The translations under genes and the position numbers were made by a program. Under the pieces are notes generated by a model. The model made no database searches, was not told the DNA's origin, and saw only the letters and a program-made list of their open reading frames with translations. From IMG/VR virus record IMGVR_UViG_3300006175_000012, positions 1,304 through 65,303 of that record: a stretch of DNA of 64,000 nt; one strand, written 5' to 3'. Positions 40,399 through 51,412 of the stretch are shown here, one piece after another (the first letter of the stretch is position 1; each line of letters opens with the position of its first letter). Origin of the DNA: a virus (lineage: Duplodnaviria; Caudoviricetes).

Positions 40399-43282
40399 CG
40401 CACACCGCCCTTCGCGGCGTCGGTCAGCATCTCGCCGAGCAGCGCTGCCTGCGCCGTGTCCATGACCAGTTCGGCGTCCACGTCGCCGTTCGCGGCCGGC
40501 AGGCTGATCGGGACGATCACGGTGTCGGGCGCGTTCCACGACACGCACTCGGCCCACTGCCACTGGCGCGTCTCGTCGCGATCGAGCGCGGACGGTTCGG
40601 TGGTGATCCGAACCGGGACGCCTTCCGCGAGTGTCCGGTCGAAGCCGACCTCGGTGATGGACTCCTCGGGGAGACCGGCGGGCGCCGCGTCGGGCCGGTA
40701 CTCGGGGTCCACCAGGTGCGTCTCGACTGCGGCGAGCGCGTCGCACACGTCCCCGGAGCCGGGGCGCATGGCGTTGGTCGCGGCCACGTCCTGCCGGGCG
40801 ATCTCCGCGCGGGCGTTGCCGATCCGCCCGCGCAGGTCGTCGCACTCGGCCAGCACGACGCGGGCGAGTGCCGCGATCTCGCCGCCGTCGGCGTGCTCGG
40901 CGCCTTCGAGGATCGCGCGCAGCTGGTCGGCTGCGGGGCGCGGGTGCAGCAGGTGCTCGGCCTCCCCGCTCATCGCTGACCGTCCATGTCCGCCGGAACC
41001 GAGTCCGGGACCTCCACCGCGATCTCCAGCGCCGCCGACGGCGACACCGTGATCGACTCCGAGCGGTCCGTGTCCAGGTCCACGAACAGCAGCGTGATCG
41101 CCTGCGCCGTGCCGCCGAACATGCCCGCGTGCTCGCCCTCGCGCCTGCCCGTGATGCGCAGCGCGCGGCGGCCGGGCTCGGACTTGAAGTACCGGCCGTC
41201 CACGGCGATCAGGTCGCCGACCTTCACGTCGGAGGCGAACGTGCCGCGCCAGGTGCGGGCCGCGGCGGCGGGGGCGTCGGGGTGCTCGCGGGGCTGCTCG
41301 GGCTCTTCGCTGGTGCGGGATTCGCCGATCAGGGCGTCGTGCACGTCGCTGGCGAATTCGGACAGGGCGTCGAACGCGGCGGCCAGGATCTTGGTGCGCA
41401 GGTCCATCAGTTCTCCTCGGGTTTGGTGGTTGCGATCCGCCGCCGGTGTTCGGCGAGCAGCGCGTCGGGTTCGGGCTGGCCGGCAAGCTTGGACGGCGTG
41501 TGCTGTGGGCATCTGGGGCCCGGCAGGAACCAGCGGACGTCTTCGATCGCGCCGCAGGAGACCAGGGCGCACGCCAGCGGGCCGCTCACGCCGCGCCCAG
41601 TTCCGCGAGCCCGTCGCGGATCGCTGTGTCCCACGCCTCGGCTTCACGCCGCTGCGCGGTGGTCTGCTGCCGGTGCCACAGGTGCGCCTCGGCCGCCGCC
41701 TCGCGCCGTGCCGAGATCTCGTCGGGGGTGTCGGTGAACGGGGGCGCCCAGCCCAGCGCGGTGGCCGGGCGCGTGACGGGCAGCGTGTCGGTCACGGCGT
41801 CGCCTCCGGCTGCGGGTTGCTGCCGAACGGCGCCAGCTGCTCGAGGATCGCTCGGCGCAGCAGGTCGGCATCGGCGGTGACGGACCCGGTGGCGATCATG
41901 CGGACTGCGGCGAGCGCGAAACCCAGCCGGTTGTCGGCCAGGGTGTCGCGGAACCGCTCGACCTCGGCACGCAGCCGCCGGACCTCGGCGAGCAGTTCGC
42001 GCAGCGCCGTGGCCCGCAGCTTCCGGCCGCCCTCGGGGTCGCCGGACTTCTGGCTGCTGATCACGTCCCGGTATTGGGTGCGGTGGACGGGGGCGGCATC
42101 CCACACGTCGAGGAACTGCTCGACCTCGGCGAGGCGTGCGTCCGGGAGGGGGCTGGTCACGTCGCACTCCCGGCGGTCTCGACCGGCAGCACGCCCTGGC
42201 CCTCGATCTGCGGCTGCGGCTCGGTCTCGGCCTCGTCAGCGGCCGGCTCGTCGTCGTGCAGCAGGTCGTCGTTGGCGCCCTCCAGCCAGTCCAGCCCGGT
42301 GTCGAGCACCAGCCCGATCGTGCGGGCCAGCCAGTCCACGAACGGCTCCGGCTCCTCGACCGTGTGGTCCATGGCCTCGTACTGCTCGGCGCGGCGCAGG
42401 ATCGCGGCCAGCAGGAATGAGAAGTCCCCGGCGATCGCCAGGCCCTCGAACCGGTCCAGGCCGCCGGCCTCGGGCTTCGCCCCGGACTCGTTGGCCAGGT
42501 CGTCCCACTGGGCGAGCAGCCTGCGGCGCAGCTCGGTGGGGTCGGGCTGGTTGAACTTCAGGACGTACGGGGGCTTGATCTCGGGCTTGTGCGGCCCGGT
42601 CGCGGTCGCGCTGGTGTCGTTCATGAGGTTCCTTTCCGGCCGTGCGGCCAGGTGTCGATGCAGGTCAGGGTTTGTGGTGGCTATCGGGTGTCTTTGCGCT
42701 GGCCGATCGATACGCGGCGGCCGGACACGGCGCCCCGTGCTCGTGCGGACCGGATGTCGCGTCGGCGCCCGGCGCTCTTGACTGCCGCGCCAACCCCGGC
42801 GCCCGCCACGACCACCGCGAGAATCGCGACGACGAGCGCGGCACCGCCCCACAGCGGCAGCGTCACCAGCCACCAGGACCAGTCGATGACGTGGCCGAGC
42901 TTCAGGCCGATAAACAGCAGGCCGAGGGCGCCGACCAGGCTGATCCCGCCGCCGCTTCCGTTGTTGTCGCTCACTGCCGATCTCCGTTCGGGTCGGTAGG
43001 CTGGAATCGGGCGTTCGTGCAGGTCAGTGCCGTCGCTGGGGGCTGCGGGGCGTGGTCGGACAGGCGCGGCGGCAGGGGATGGGTCATCGCTCGACGTCCG
43101 CCGTCTCGGCGAGTTCCCGACCGGTTTCGGCGAGCATCCGCAGCGCGGCGGTCAGGTGCGCCGTGATCCGCCACAGCTCGAACTCGGCCGGGGATAGCGG
43201 TTGGTCGGCTAGGGCGTCGAGGCGCTGCGTGGCCTCCGCGAGGAAGTCCTCGACGGTCGGGGTGGCGGCTGGGGCGTCCATA

Positions 43283-44623
43283 TCAGCTCTCTGCCATATC
43301 TACGAAGCGAGCGTAGTGACCTTGGAACGCGACGGTGATCGTTGCCGTGGGGCCGTTACGATGCTTCGCGACGATCAGGTCCGCCTCGCCAGCGCGCGGA
43401 GATTCGCGCTCGTAGGCGTCCTCACGGTGAATCAGGATAATGACATCGGCGTCCTGCTCCAATGACCCGGACTCGCGCAGGTCGGACGCCATCGGGCGCT
43501 TGTCCGCACGCTGCTCCGGGCCGCGGTTGAGCTGTGCGATCAAAACGACCGGGATGTTCAGCTCCTTCGCCAGCAGCTTCGAACCGCGGGAGATCTCCGA
43601 TACCTCGGTCTGCCGGTTCTCGTGCCTGCGCGTGCTACCGGAGCTCAACAGCTGCGCGTAGTCCACGACGATCAGCCGCACGCCGTGCTTCTGCACCATG
43701 CGCCGGGCCTTGGTGCGGATACGCATCATCGTCAGGTCGGGGGCGTCGTCGATGAACACCGGCGCGGTGACGATGCGCTCGCGCACCCGCGCCGCCCGCG
43801 CCCAGTCGTCCTCCGTCATCCGCCCCGGGGCGAGGTGGTGCAGGTTGATGCCGCCCTCGGCGGACAGTCCGCGCCGGATCAACTCCTCGCGGTTCATCTC
43901 CAGGGAGAACATCCCGGACGGGACGCGGTCCCTGATCGAGATGTTCCGAAGAAAATCCAGTCCAAGGGTTGATTTACCCAGGGATGGCCTGGCCGCGATG
44001 ATGATCAGCTGCCCGGGTTGCAGACCGCCCGTCAGGTCGTCCAGGTCCCGGAACCCGGTCGCCACGCCCAGCGGCACACCCTTGTCGATCTTGTCAAGCA
44101 GTCCGTCGAACACCTCCGCGTTCGACGGATCCTCTACGCGGCTCCCGTGCTCGCCCAGCGCGTTCGCCTCCGCCTGCGCCCGGTCCACGATCAGCGCCAG
44201 ATCCGCCGGATCATCCGTCGCGTAGCCCATCGCGACGATCCGCGTACCCGCCTCGATCATTCGGCGGCGCACCGCGTGCGCACGCACGATCTCGGCGTAG
44301 TGTCCGGCGCTGCCCGGCGTGACCACCGACCCCATCAGGGTGTGCAGGTACGGCGCCCCGCCGATCCGCTTCAGCTCCCCGCGCCGCTCCAGCTCGTGCG
44401 CCGTGGTCACCGCGTCCGGCCGAGCGCCGTCGGCGTGCACCTTGAGGACCGCGAGGAAGATCTTCTCGTGGGCCGGTGCGTAGAAATCCGAGGAATCGAG
44501 CAACTCCGCCACCTCGTCGATGGCGTGCTTCGAGAGCAGCATCGCCCCCAGCACCGCGCGCTCCGCGTCCGCGTCGTGCGGCAGCGCCCGGCCATGCACC
44601 TCGTCGTCGCTCCAGTCGTTCAC
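43283..44623 (-). CDS. dnaB: Replicative DNA helicase
   Basis: AERAVLG, AARPSLGKST, SLEM, VVDYAQL, AQLNRGPEQRADKRP.SDLRESGSLEQDAD, KHRNGP. Confidence 0.96.
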   Translation of the reverse strand: MNDWSDDEVHGRALPHDADAERAVLGAMLLSKHAIDEVAELLDSSDFYAPAHEKIFLAVLKVHADGARPDAVTTAHELERRGELKRIGGAPYLHTLMGSVVTPGSAGHYAEIVRAHAVRRRMIEAGTRIVAMGYATDDPADLALIVDRAQAEANALGEHGSRVEDPSNAEVFDGLLDKIDKGVPLGVATGFRDLDDLTGGLQPGQLIIIAARPSLGKSTLGLDFLRNISIRDRVPSGMFSLEMNREELIRRGLSAEGGINLHHLAPGRMTEDDWARAARVRERIVTAPVFIDDAPDLTMMRIRTKARRMVQKHGVRLIVVDYAQLLSSGSTRRHENRQTEVSEISRGSKLLAKELNIPVVLIAQLNRGPEQRADKRPMASDLRESGSLEQDADVIILIHREDAYERESPRAGEADLIVAKHRNGPTATITVAFQGHYARFVDMAES

Positions 44624-44958
44624 GCGCCGGCCTTCCGGTTCAGGGGGTGACAGTTCGGGCAGCGCACCAGCGGTTTGCGGGTCTCCGGATCCTCAAGCCA
44701 CCAGGTGCGCTCGTTGCACCGGCCACACCACGTCGCGGCGGGCAACTGCCGGCGGCTCTCCAACACCCGGCGGCGAATCAGCGCCGGAGTCAGCCACGTG
44801 TTCTCCTCGCGCAAGTGCTCCCGCGCCGCGAACGTCGCGTCCGCGAGCGACACGTCGTCGAGCAGATCCGCGAACGCCTCCGCGTCGTCCTGGCCCCAGG
44901 TGCGGTGATCCACGCGGGCGATGTACGTGAGCAGCACCCCGGCCTCGATGCGGTTCAC
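44620..44958 (-). CDS. Putative helicase loader/inhibitor (G39P-like)
   Basis: Sits between initiator and dnaB; D.R..AF..LL.D..A..A..H..W.TPA pattern. Confidence 0.55.
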   Translation of the reverse strand: MNRIEAGVLLTYIARVDHRTWGQDDAEAFADLLDDVSLADATFAAREHLREENTWLTPALIRRRVLESRRQLPAATWCGRCNERTWWLEDPETRKPLVRCPNCHPLNRKAGA

Positions 44959-46094
44959 GCCGTCAACTCCCGCCGCTGGCTGAAGTCCACGCTGATCAGC
45001 GTCCCGAGGTCGACGCCGTCCTCAGCGGCCATCTTGCGGATCAGGTCCACGCCCTGATCCACGATCCGAGTCGTGGTGGACGGCCGCTGTCCGGGCAGTC
45101 GTCCCCGTGCCCTCGCGCCCTGGACCTCGTTGACGAACGAGGAGATCGCCGAGGGGTCGGAACCCTTGCGGTCCCATGCCATGAACCCGTCGCGGACGAT
45201 GTCGTACGGGATGTGGTCCTCTTCGAGCAGGATTCGCAGCTCTTTGCCGACGCGGCCGATAACCCGGCCGGGCGGCCGGTCGTTGGGGCGCGATTCGATC
45301 CATTCGGCAACAAGGGAGCCAGCGTTTCGCTCGGGCTCTTCCTCGACGCCTGAACCCTCGATCCCGGGAACGCCGAACAGTGCATCCGGCCCCGGCGCCG
45401 CGGCGTCAGCCGCGGAAGGGTTCGGGGCAGGGGCAGGGGCAGGGGCAGGGGCAGGGGAACGCGCGTCACGCGTGGACGCGTGCGCACGCGTAGAGGCTTC
45501 CCGATACCCTTCGGCATGGGTATCGGGAAGGGTTTCCGATGGGGTATCGGTATGGGTATCGGATACCCTTCCCGATGTGTCCGGGGAAGGGTATCCATCG
45601 GGTTCCGGGACGAGCGCCCGCACGGCGCGGATGCAGTTCTCGACCTGGCGCCGCACCGAGGGTCCGCCACGCTCCCCGGGCTCGTCCTTCAACTCTTCGA
45701 GCGGCAGCCGCTCCAGCTCAGCCAGAAGCGCCCGGCGCAGAGCGAGCGATTCGATCTCCTCGACGCAGGCGACCATGGCGAGCATCACCTTCGGCTGCTT
45801 CCAGATTCCGTCATTGCGCACGAGGGTGCGGATCAGCAACTCCTCGGTGTCCCAGTCGATGACGATGTAGCGCCGGTCGTGCAGGGCGATCAGCGATTTC
45901 TCGACGCTGTCCGGGGTTTCACCGTGCGCGCAGGCCGCCCACTTGCGCAGAGTGATCTGCAAGAGCCCGGCGTGATTCAGGTTCGACTGCGACAGCAGGA
46001 AGAAGTACATGCCCTGAAGTCCGCGATCGAGCGTGCGGAAGTCCGACCCTGGCGCCCAGGTCGAGGCGAGGATCCTGCCGTGGTTACGTGCCAT
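44955..46094 (-). CDS. Phage replication initiator with internal origin repeats
   Basis: Upstream of loader-dnaB; internal GATACCC/GGGTATC repeats and a PA-repeat linker. Confidence 0.7.
   Translation of the reverse strand: MARNHGRILASTWAPGSDFRTLDRGLQGMYFFLLSQSNLNHAGLLQITLRKWAACAHGETPDSVEKSLIALHDRRYIVIDWDTEELLIRTLVRNDGIWKQPKVMLAMVACVEEIESLALRRALLAELERLPLEELKDEPGERGGPSVRRQVENCIRAVRALVPEPDGYPSPDTSGRVSDTHTDTPSETLPDTHAEGYREASTRAHASTRDARSPAPAPAPAPAPNPSAADAAAPGPDALFGVPGIEGSGVEEEPERNAGSLVAEWIESRPNDRPPGRVIGRVGKELRILLEEDHIPYDIVRDGFMAWDRKGSDPSAISSFVNEVQGARARGRLPGQRPSTTTRIVDQGVDLIRKMAAEDGVDLGTLISVDFSQRRELTA
45424..45597. repeat. Putative origin: GGGTATC/GATACCC iterons, plus (GGGGCA)n
   Basis: 13-bp inverted repeat CTTCCCGATACCC 45497-45509 / GGGTATCGGGAAG 45518-45530, with several more half-sites to 45597. 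Confidence 0.65.
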
Positions 46095-46555
46095 GTGCTT
46101 GCTGCTCTCCCGAGGATGGATTGAGGGGTTGGGTCGCGGGCCGGCGCTTGAGCCGTGCCGGTATGTCGGGGGTTCACCACGGACTGCCGGTCTCGCGAAG
46201 CCGCTTGGACCGGGCGGCGTCCTCGGCCTCGCGCCAGCGCGCCTCCAGGCCCACGCCGGGGTACACGCGGCATCCGGGGTCGTCCGGTACGGCGTGCGCC
46301 TCGCACATCCGCAGGCTGGCGCCGGACTCGTACACCAGGTCCGCGCCCTCGTCGGCCCAGAGCCAGGCGCCGCAGCCGGGCGCCTGGCAGCGCGTCAGTT
46401 CGTCGTGCCCGTCGCCGGGGCCGAGGCCGAGCAGGTCGGCGAGGCGGTCGTCGGCGTCGTCCGTGGCGGCGGCCCACAGCGCCTCGGCCTGGATGAGCAC
46501 GACGTTCGGGAGCGTGTCGGGTGCCGTGAACGTGCGGCGGACAGTGGCAGGCATG

Positions 46556-47407
46556 TCAGGCTCCGATCGGCGCGGGGGAGGCGGCCGCCACGATCTCGGC
46601 CATGGACAGGTCGGCTTTGAAGCTGTGGCCCACCAGTCGCTCGACCGCCAGGTATTCCTGGGCCATGGCCGGGTTGAGGCGCGCGGACAACACGAGTTCC
46701 TTGCGCCCGGCCAGGACGCAGAACATGCATGACAGGCGCGGCATCCCGGCGTCATAGGCCGGGTGGTGCGGCAGGCCCGAGCGGCGGATCGTCTCCCAGA
46801 CCTGGCCCGAGGACCAGTCGAAGATCGGCAGCCAGCGGTCCACGATGCGCCGCCCGTTGGATGCGGCGGTGTCCGGCCCGAACGGCGTCTTCTTCGCCCG
46901 CGCCGGGGACTCTGCGGCCCGGATGCCGAGGCAGTTCAGGATCCTGATCGGGCGTTCCGGATGCGTGCGCCGGTGTTCGTCGGCGAGCCGCGTCATTAGC
47001 TTGGCGACCTGGGCGGTCTTCTGGTCGGAGGTGCAGTACCTGGCCTGACTCGACGGCCACGCGGGGGTCGTGGTGTCACCCTTCGCCCGCAGCGTGTTGT
47101 GGCGGGTGACGATCTGGTCGAGCAGGTCCTCGGTGCGCGCGACGGTCTCGAACCGCAGTCCGTACGCGGCGGCCTGACGCTCGGCGAGTTCGCGCGTGCC
47201 TTCCCACTCCACGCGCCCGAGGTCGGCGTGGACCACGATGATCCGACTGCGAGGCACGTCTTCGGCGTCGGCGCGCTCGACCAGGTGCGTGAGCATCGCT
47301 TGGGAGTCTTTTCCCGCGCTGGAGTTGACGAGGATCACGTCGTACGTGTCCAAGTCCGGGGTGGCGCGGATGTCGCCGAGTTCGATGAGGGTCGTTTGCG
47401 TGCTCAC
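46556..47407 (-). CDS. PAPS reductase-family (PP-loop) protein
   Basis: SSAGKDS, HADLG, GIRAAES..R, PIFDWS, HPAY..GMPRLSCMFC. Confidence 0.88.
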   Translation of the reverse strand: MSTQTTLIELGDIRATPDLDTYDVILVNSSAGKDSQAMLTHLVERADAEDVPRSRIIVVHADLGRVEWEGTRELAERQAAAYGLRFETVARTEDLLDQIVTRHNTLRAKGDTTTPAWPSSQARYCTSDQKTAQVAKLMTRLADEHRRTHPERPIRILNCLGIRAAESPARAKKTPFGPDTAASNGRRIVDRWLPIFDWSSGQVWETIRRSGLPHHPAYDAGMPRLSCMFCVLAGRKELVLSARLNPAMAQEYLAVERLVGHSFKADLSMAEIVAAASPAPIGA

Positions 47408-47676
47408 GCGAGACCCCCGAAGCGGGCGCCCGTAGACTGGGCCATCAGATCCGTCTCCTGTATGCGCAGGTGCGGGTTCAGGCCTCCGGTTGGCGCTTCC
47501 GACGCCTCCGGAGGCCGCTTTGTTGCGAGCCTTCCGGTAGCCACTTTGCCACAAGTCGTTTGGTCTGTACAGTAGACCTCATGGACCGTGACAGATTCGC
47601 TGACCAATGCGCCAGCGACAAGACTTCGCAGGTAGGTGGCCTGCACATCGCAAATGGCATGTGGCACGATGACGGC

Positions 47677-47997
47677 ATGGCGCGCATCGACCCCGACGAC
47701 CCGCGAATGGCTCCGGTTATGGCGGCGCTCGCCGCATGGCGCAAGGCCGAGCAGGCCGAGAAGCGTAAGCGCGCCGAGTTCGCCGAAGCCGTCGCGGTAG
47801 CCATTCGGGCTGGCGTTCGTCCCGCTGTGATCGTGCGTAGGACCGAGAAGTCGGCCGAGACCATCCGTCAGATGGCCCGAGAGAACGGTGTCGAGCCGTT
47901 GCGCGAACCGACTACTACGAGCATCCGCAAGGTTCGCGAGAAGCTGGCCGCCGCTGGCCTTGACGCGGACGATTTCGGCGACCCTGCGGCGGGCTGA
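47677..47997 (+). CDS. Small HTH protein, paralogue of 34656-34922
   Basis: RAGVRPAVIVRRTEKSAETIRQMARENGVEPLREPT. Confidence 0.65.
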   Translation: MARIDPDDPRMAPVMAALAAWRKAEQAEKRKRAEFAEAVAVAIRAGVRPAVIVRRTEKSAETIRQMARENGVEPLREPTTTSIRKVREKLAAAGLDADDFGDPAAG

Positions 47998-48595
47998 CCT
48001 GTGCCCGAGCCGCTTTTCCTGCACCTGCGTTTCCACGGCTTCGCGCTCACGATGCGCGGAGTCCCGGCGGTCGCGTTCGTCCCCGGCCTGACCGGCGAAC
48101 CGCGCAACGGCGAACCAGAGCCGTACGCCTTCACCGCCGAGGGTATTGCGGTCAACCCGCTGGACCTCGACAGCCTGCGCGTGCTCACCGAGGCCGACCT
48201 GGACGAGCTCGACATCCGGCGTGACACGCAGTTTGACTGGCGGCGCATCGCCTGACCCGTCCAGCACCGCCGCGCCGCAGCGCGGGCACCGGGGCGTCAC
48301 GGGGCGGCCACCGGCGCGGTACGCCGAACCCCCCGGAATACGGAGCGCACCGCGCGCATCCGGCGCCGCATGCCATCCCCACCACCCCGGTGCCACCACA
48401 TGTACAGCGACCACGCGCACAGACCGGCGAACCACGACGCCGAGAAGAACTCACCGCCGGCAATCGCCGCGACCGACGCGAACCCCTCAGCGATCGCGTC
48501 CAGTCCACACGACACGTAGGTGCGAATACGGCCCGTGAGCCACAGCAACTGACTCGGCAGCCACACGCCGAAAGCCGCACACCACAGGAACGCGG

Positions 48596-48991
48596 TCATC
48601 GCGACTCACCCCGCACCTGGCGCTCGTGAAGGGCCCGCATCCACTCCGGCTCCGTGTCCGGCGCCCCGGCCGCGTCCCGTTGGTCGCGCGGCGGGAACCG
48701 TGCCGGGTCGAGCACTACCGCGGCCCGTGCGTTCTCGGCGCACGCCAACCATCCGGCGCGCCAGCCGACCCAGTACGACTCCGCTTCGGTCGTGTCCGTC
48801 CCGGCCAGGTGCGCGAGGGTGACGCCGAGCTCGCGCACGAGAGCGATCAGCTCGGCGAGCCCAGGTTCACGCTTGTCCGTCTCCCAGTACGAGACCGCGG
48901 TCCGCCCGACTCCGAGCCGGTGGCCGAGAACGGCCTGGCTCAGTTCGGCGGCTTTGCGGGCTGCGGCGATACGCGCACCGAGGCCGATCAC
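48596..48991 (-). CDS. XRE-family HTH protein
   Basis: RIAAARKAAELSQAVLGHRLGVGRTAVSYWET. Confidence 0.85.
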   Translation of the reverse strand: MIGLGARIAAARKAAELSQAVLGHRLGVGRTAVSYWETDKREPGLAELIALVRELGVTLAHLAGTDTTEAESYWVGWRAGWLACAENARAAVVLDPARFPPRDQRDAAGAPDTEPEWMRALHERQVRGESR

Positions 48992-49305
48992 GGCGCGTCA
49001 CCCCGCTTGAGCGCCGCCGTGACCGTGGCCACGCAGTCGTCCCACCCGCGCTGATACGCGTTCGCCTCCGGTTCCCGCTGCGCCGCCTCGAACCAGGAGA
49101 CCGGCACGTCCAGCCAGCGCGCCAGGATGAAGAAGTCGTGCACGCTCGGGACGCCCCCGTGCTCGACACGGTGCAGCACATTGGTACCGATGCCGGTCTC
49201 GGCGGCGACATCCCGCAACGACAGTTCGCGTACGCCGCGGCGCGCCTTGAGCAGTTCGCCGAGCTCGTCGAGGCGTGTGGCGTTGCGGCGCAGTTCACGG
49301 CTCAC
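48988..49305 (-). CDS. XRE-family HTH protein
   Basis: LSLRDVAAETGIGTNVLHRVEHG. Confidence 0.85.
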   Translation of the reverse strand: MSRELRRNATRLDELGELLKARRGVRELSLRDVAAETGIGTNVLHRVEHGGVPSVHDFFILARWLDVPVSWFEAAQREPEANAYQRGWDDCVATVTAALKRGDAP

Positions 49306-49812
49306 CGTTCACCGCCGTCCCGCGCCTTGCGCAGCAGCCACGTGGTGCCCGCGACGCCCACCGCCCCGGCCAGCGCGAACCCGACCGCCCACCACGGCGA
49401 CCCGCGCAGCGCGAACAGCGCAACGTCGACTAGCGACACGACGCCGACCGCCACACGCCATACGCGGGTCTCGCGGGCGCTCCAGTAGTGCGTCACAGGA
49501 CACCCCCTGCGATAGGCACGGTCTCGACGCGGCGGGCGGCTGACTGCCAGCCGTACCCGTCGCCGCATTCGCCGAGCACCGGCTGCTCCCACGCCGGCTC
49601 GGGCTCGGGGATCCGGCGCAGGCCCCGGAACGGCCGGATGGTGCACTGGCGGGTCTGCGGGTCCTCGATCCGGACGTTGCGCGGCGAAGTCGCCTTCAGG
49701 CGCACCAGCGGCAGCAGGGCTTGCGGCCTTGGCAGTTCCGGGTTGCGGGTCCCGTTCCAGGCGGCGGTAACGGTCACGACCTCGCCGCGCAGCAGGTAAT
49801 CCGAACCGGTGA

Positions 49813-50067
49813 TCACGAGGCGTCGCCCGCCTCGGCCGGCACCGCGACGATCTGAAGGCCCAGCTCGGCCGCCCACCGCTCCAACTGCCTCGGCGCGATC
49901 GCCCGGACCGCGCTCTCGTACTCGTGCAGCCGGGAACGGCCCCAGCCGAGCCGGGCCGTGAGTTCGTCCTGCGTAACACCCGCCGCGACCCGCGCATCCC
50001 GCAGCGTCTTGACGAACCCGGGCGCCGGCCCCGACACGGCGCGGACCTTGCTGCTCACCGCGCCCAC
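49813..50067 (-). CDS. XRE-family HTH protein
   Basis: LRDARVAAGVTQDELTARLGWGRSRLHEYE. Confidence 0.75.
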   Translation of the reverse strand: MGAVSSKVRAVSGPAPGFVKTLRDARVAAGVTQDELTARLGWGRSRLHEYESAVRAIAPRQLERWAAELGLQIVAVPAEAGDAS

Positions 50068-50494
50068 GACCCGAAACGACCGGCCAACGAGCGGCGGCCG
50101 TGGCCGTAGCTGTGGTTCGCGCGGGTCAGCGCGTCCAGGCGCCCGCGCTGCTCGGTGTTGACCTTCTCGGTCCGGATGCGCGTCGAGCGCTCGCGGAACC
50201 CCGCGTCGACGGCCTCGTCCCGCTCCTTCTCGGCGGCCGCCAACCGCCGGCGCAGGTCCGTGATCGTCTCGTCGCGCTCGTGAATCACGTTGGCTTGAGC
50301 GATCGTCAACGAGATCGCCCGCTCGAAATCCCGAGGGTCGGGACCGACCGCGGCGGGTGCGACCCAGCCCTGCGTGAGCAGGTCGTCGGCTACTTCGGTT
50401 GCTTCCATTCGGGCACTTGCTTCCTGGGGTCGTTTGCGGGCGAATCGGCAGGTCGGCGACTACAGGGCCGCGTCATCAGGCGTGGGTATTCCAG

Positions 50495-51412
50495 TCATGC
50501 GGCGACCGTTTCCAAAGCCAGATCGCGTGACGCGGCCGGGACGCCTGTTGCGGCCGACAGGACATGCGCGGCGAGCGGGACAGTGCTGGGATCATCGATA
50601 TCCGCGCCCGCCCATGCGGACGGAGGGCCCCACCCGTTCCGCGCGGCACGATTGCGTGCCTTCAACCCACCTACATCGCCGCGCGGGAGGGCAGTTGCAA
50701 GGACGTCATATACATCGCGAACCAGCTCGGCGACGTGGACCCGCACTCCACGCTGCGCCGCGAGAAGGTCCTTTAACGCGGAAGGCGACAGCTTCCCGCC
50801 AGATGCGCTGCGGATCGCAGTCAGCGAATGGCCCGCCGCCATGAGCGCCTGGACGCGACGGCGAGAAGCCAGACCGTCGATCACCGCGTGGCCGACGGGC
50901 GTGAACTTGACTGCTAATAACCGGTCGGCGAGCTCGGCCGACATGCGCCTGGTCTTACCAGACACGAGCGCCGTCACCGCGGTCTGCGACAACTCCGCGG
51001 CTCCCGCAATTGCCGCGCGCGTCATACCGGCCCGGACTAGGGCCCGGACGTGATCTGCCGCCTGCCGGGTAAGGGGGTCGATCCCGGCATACCTCTGGCA
51101 GGCCTTCGCGGATACCAGCTCATTGCGGCACGTCGGCGAACAGGTCTGTTGGCGCGCCCTCTTGGTCGCGTTGGGCTCGAACTCAGCTTTACAAACGACG
51201 CACGCCTTGATCCGGGCGTGCTTGTCGTCGTGGTGCCGGGAGTGCTCTTCGTGGGTCATCAGCTGGAGGTTCTCCAGCCGGTTGTCCCTCTTATTGTGGT
51301 TGATGTGGTGAACGACATAGCCGGGCGGTATCGGGCCGTTAGCCCTCTCCCAGAGGTATCTGTGTTCGCTATAGGTGACGCCGTCGGCCTTGATGTTCTT
51401 GTACGGCTTCAT
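50495..51412 (-). CDS. HNH endonuclease fused to HTH domains
   Basis: EHRYLWE..GPIP..VVHHINHNKRDNRLENL; CxxC..CS..C; AGMTRAAIA HTH. Confidence 0.85.
   Translation of the reverse strand: MKPYKNIKADGVTYSEHRYLWERANGPIPPGYVVHHINHNKRDNRLENLQLMTHEEHSRHHDDKHARIKACVVCKAEFEPNATKRARQQTCSPTCRNELVSAKACQRYAGIDPLTRQAADHVRALVRAGMTRAAIAGAAELSQTAVTALVSGKTRRMSAELADRLLAVKFTPVGHAVIDGLASRRRVQALMAAGHSLTAIRSASGGKLSPSALKDLLAAQRGVRVHVAELVRDVYDVLATALPRGDVGGLKARNRAARNGWGPPSAWAGADIDDPSTVPLAAHVLSAATGVPAASRDLALETVAA

Noticed and set aside
45424-45457. (GGGGCA)n tract as a separate element
   Set aside because: Hexamer repeat encoding a Pro-Ala linker in frame within the initiator
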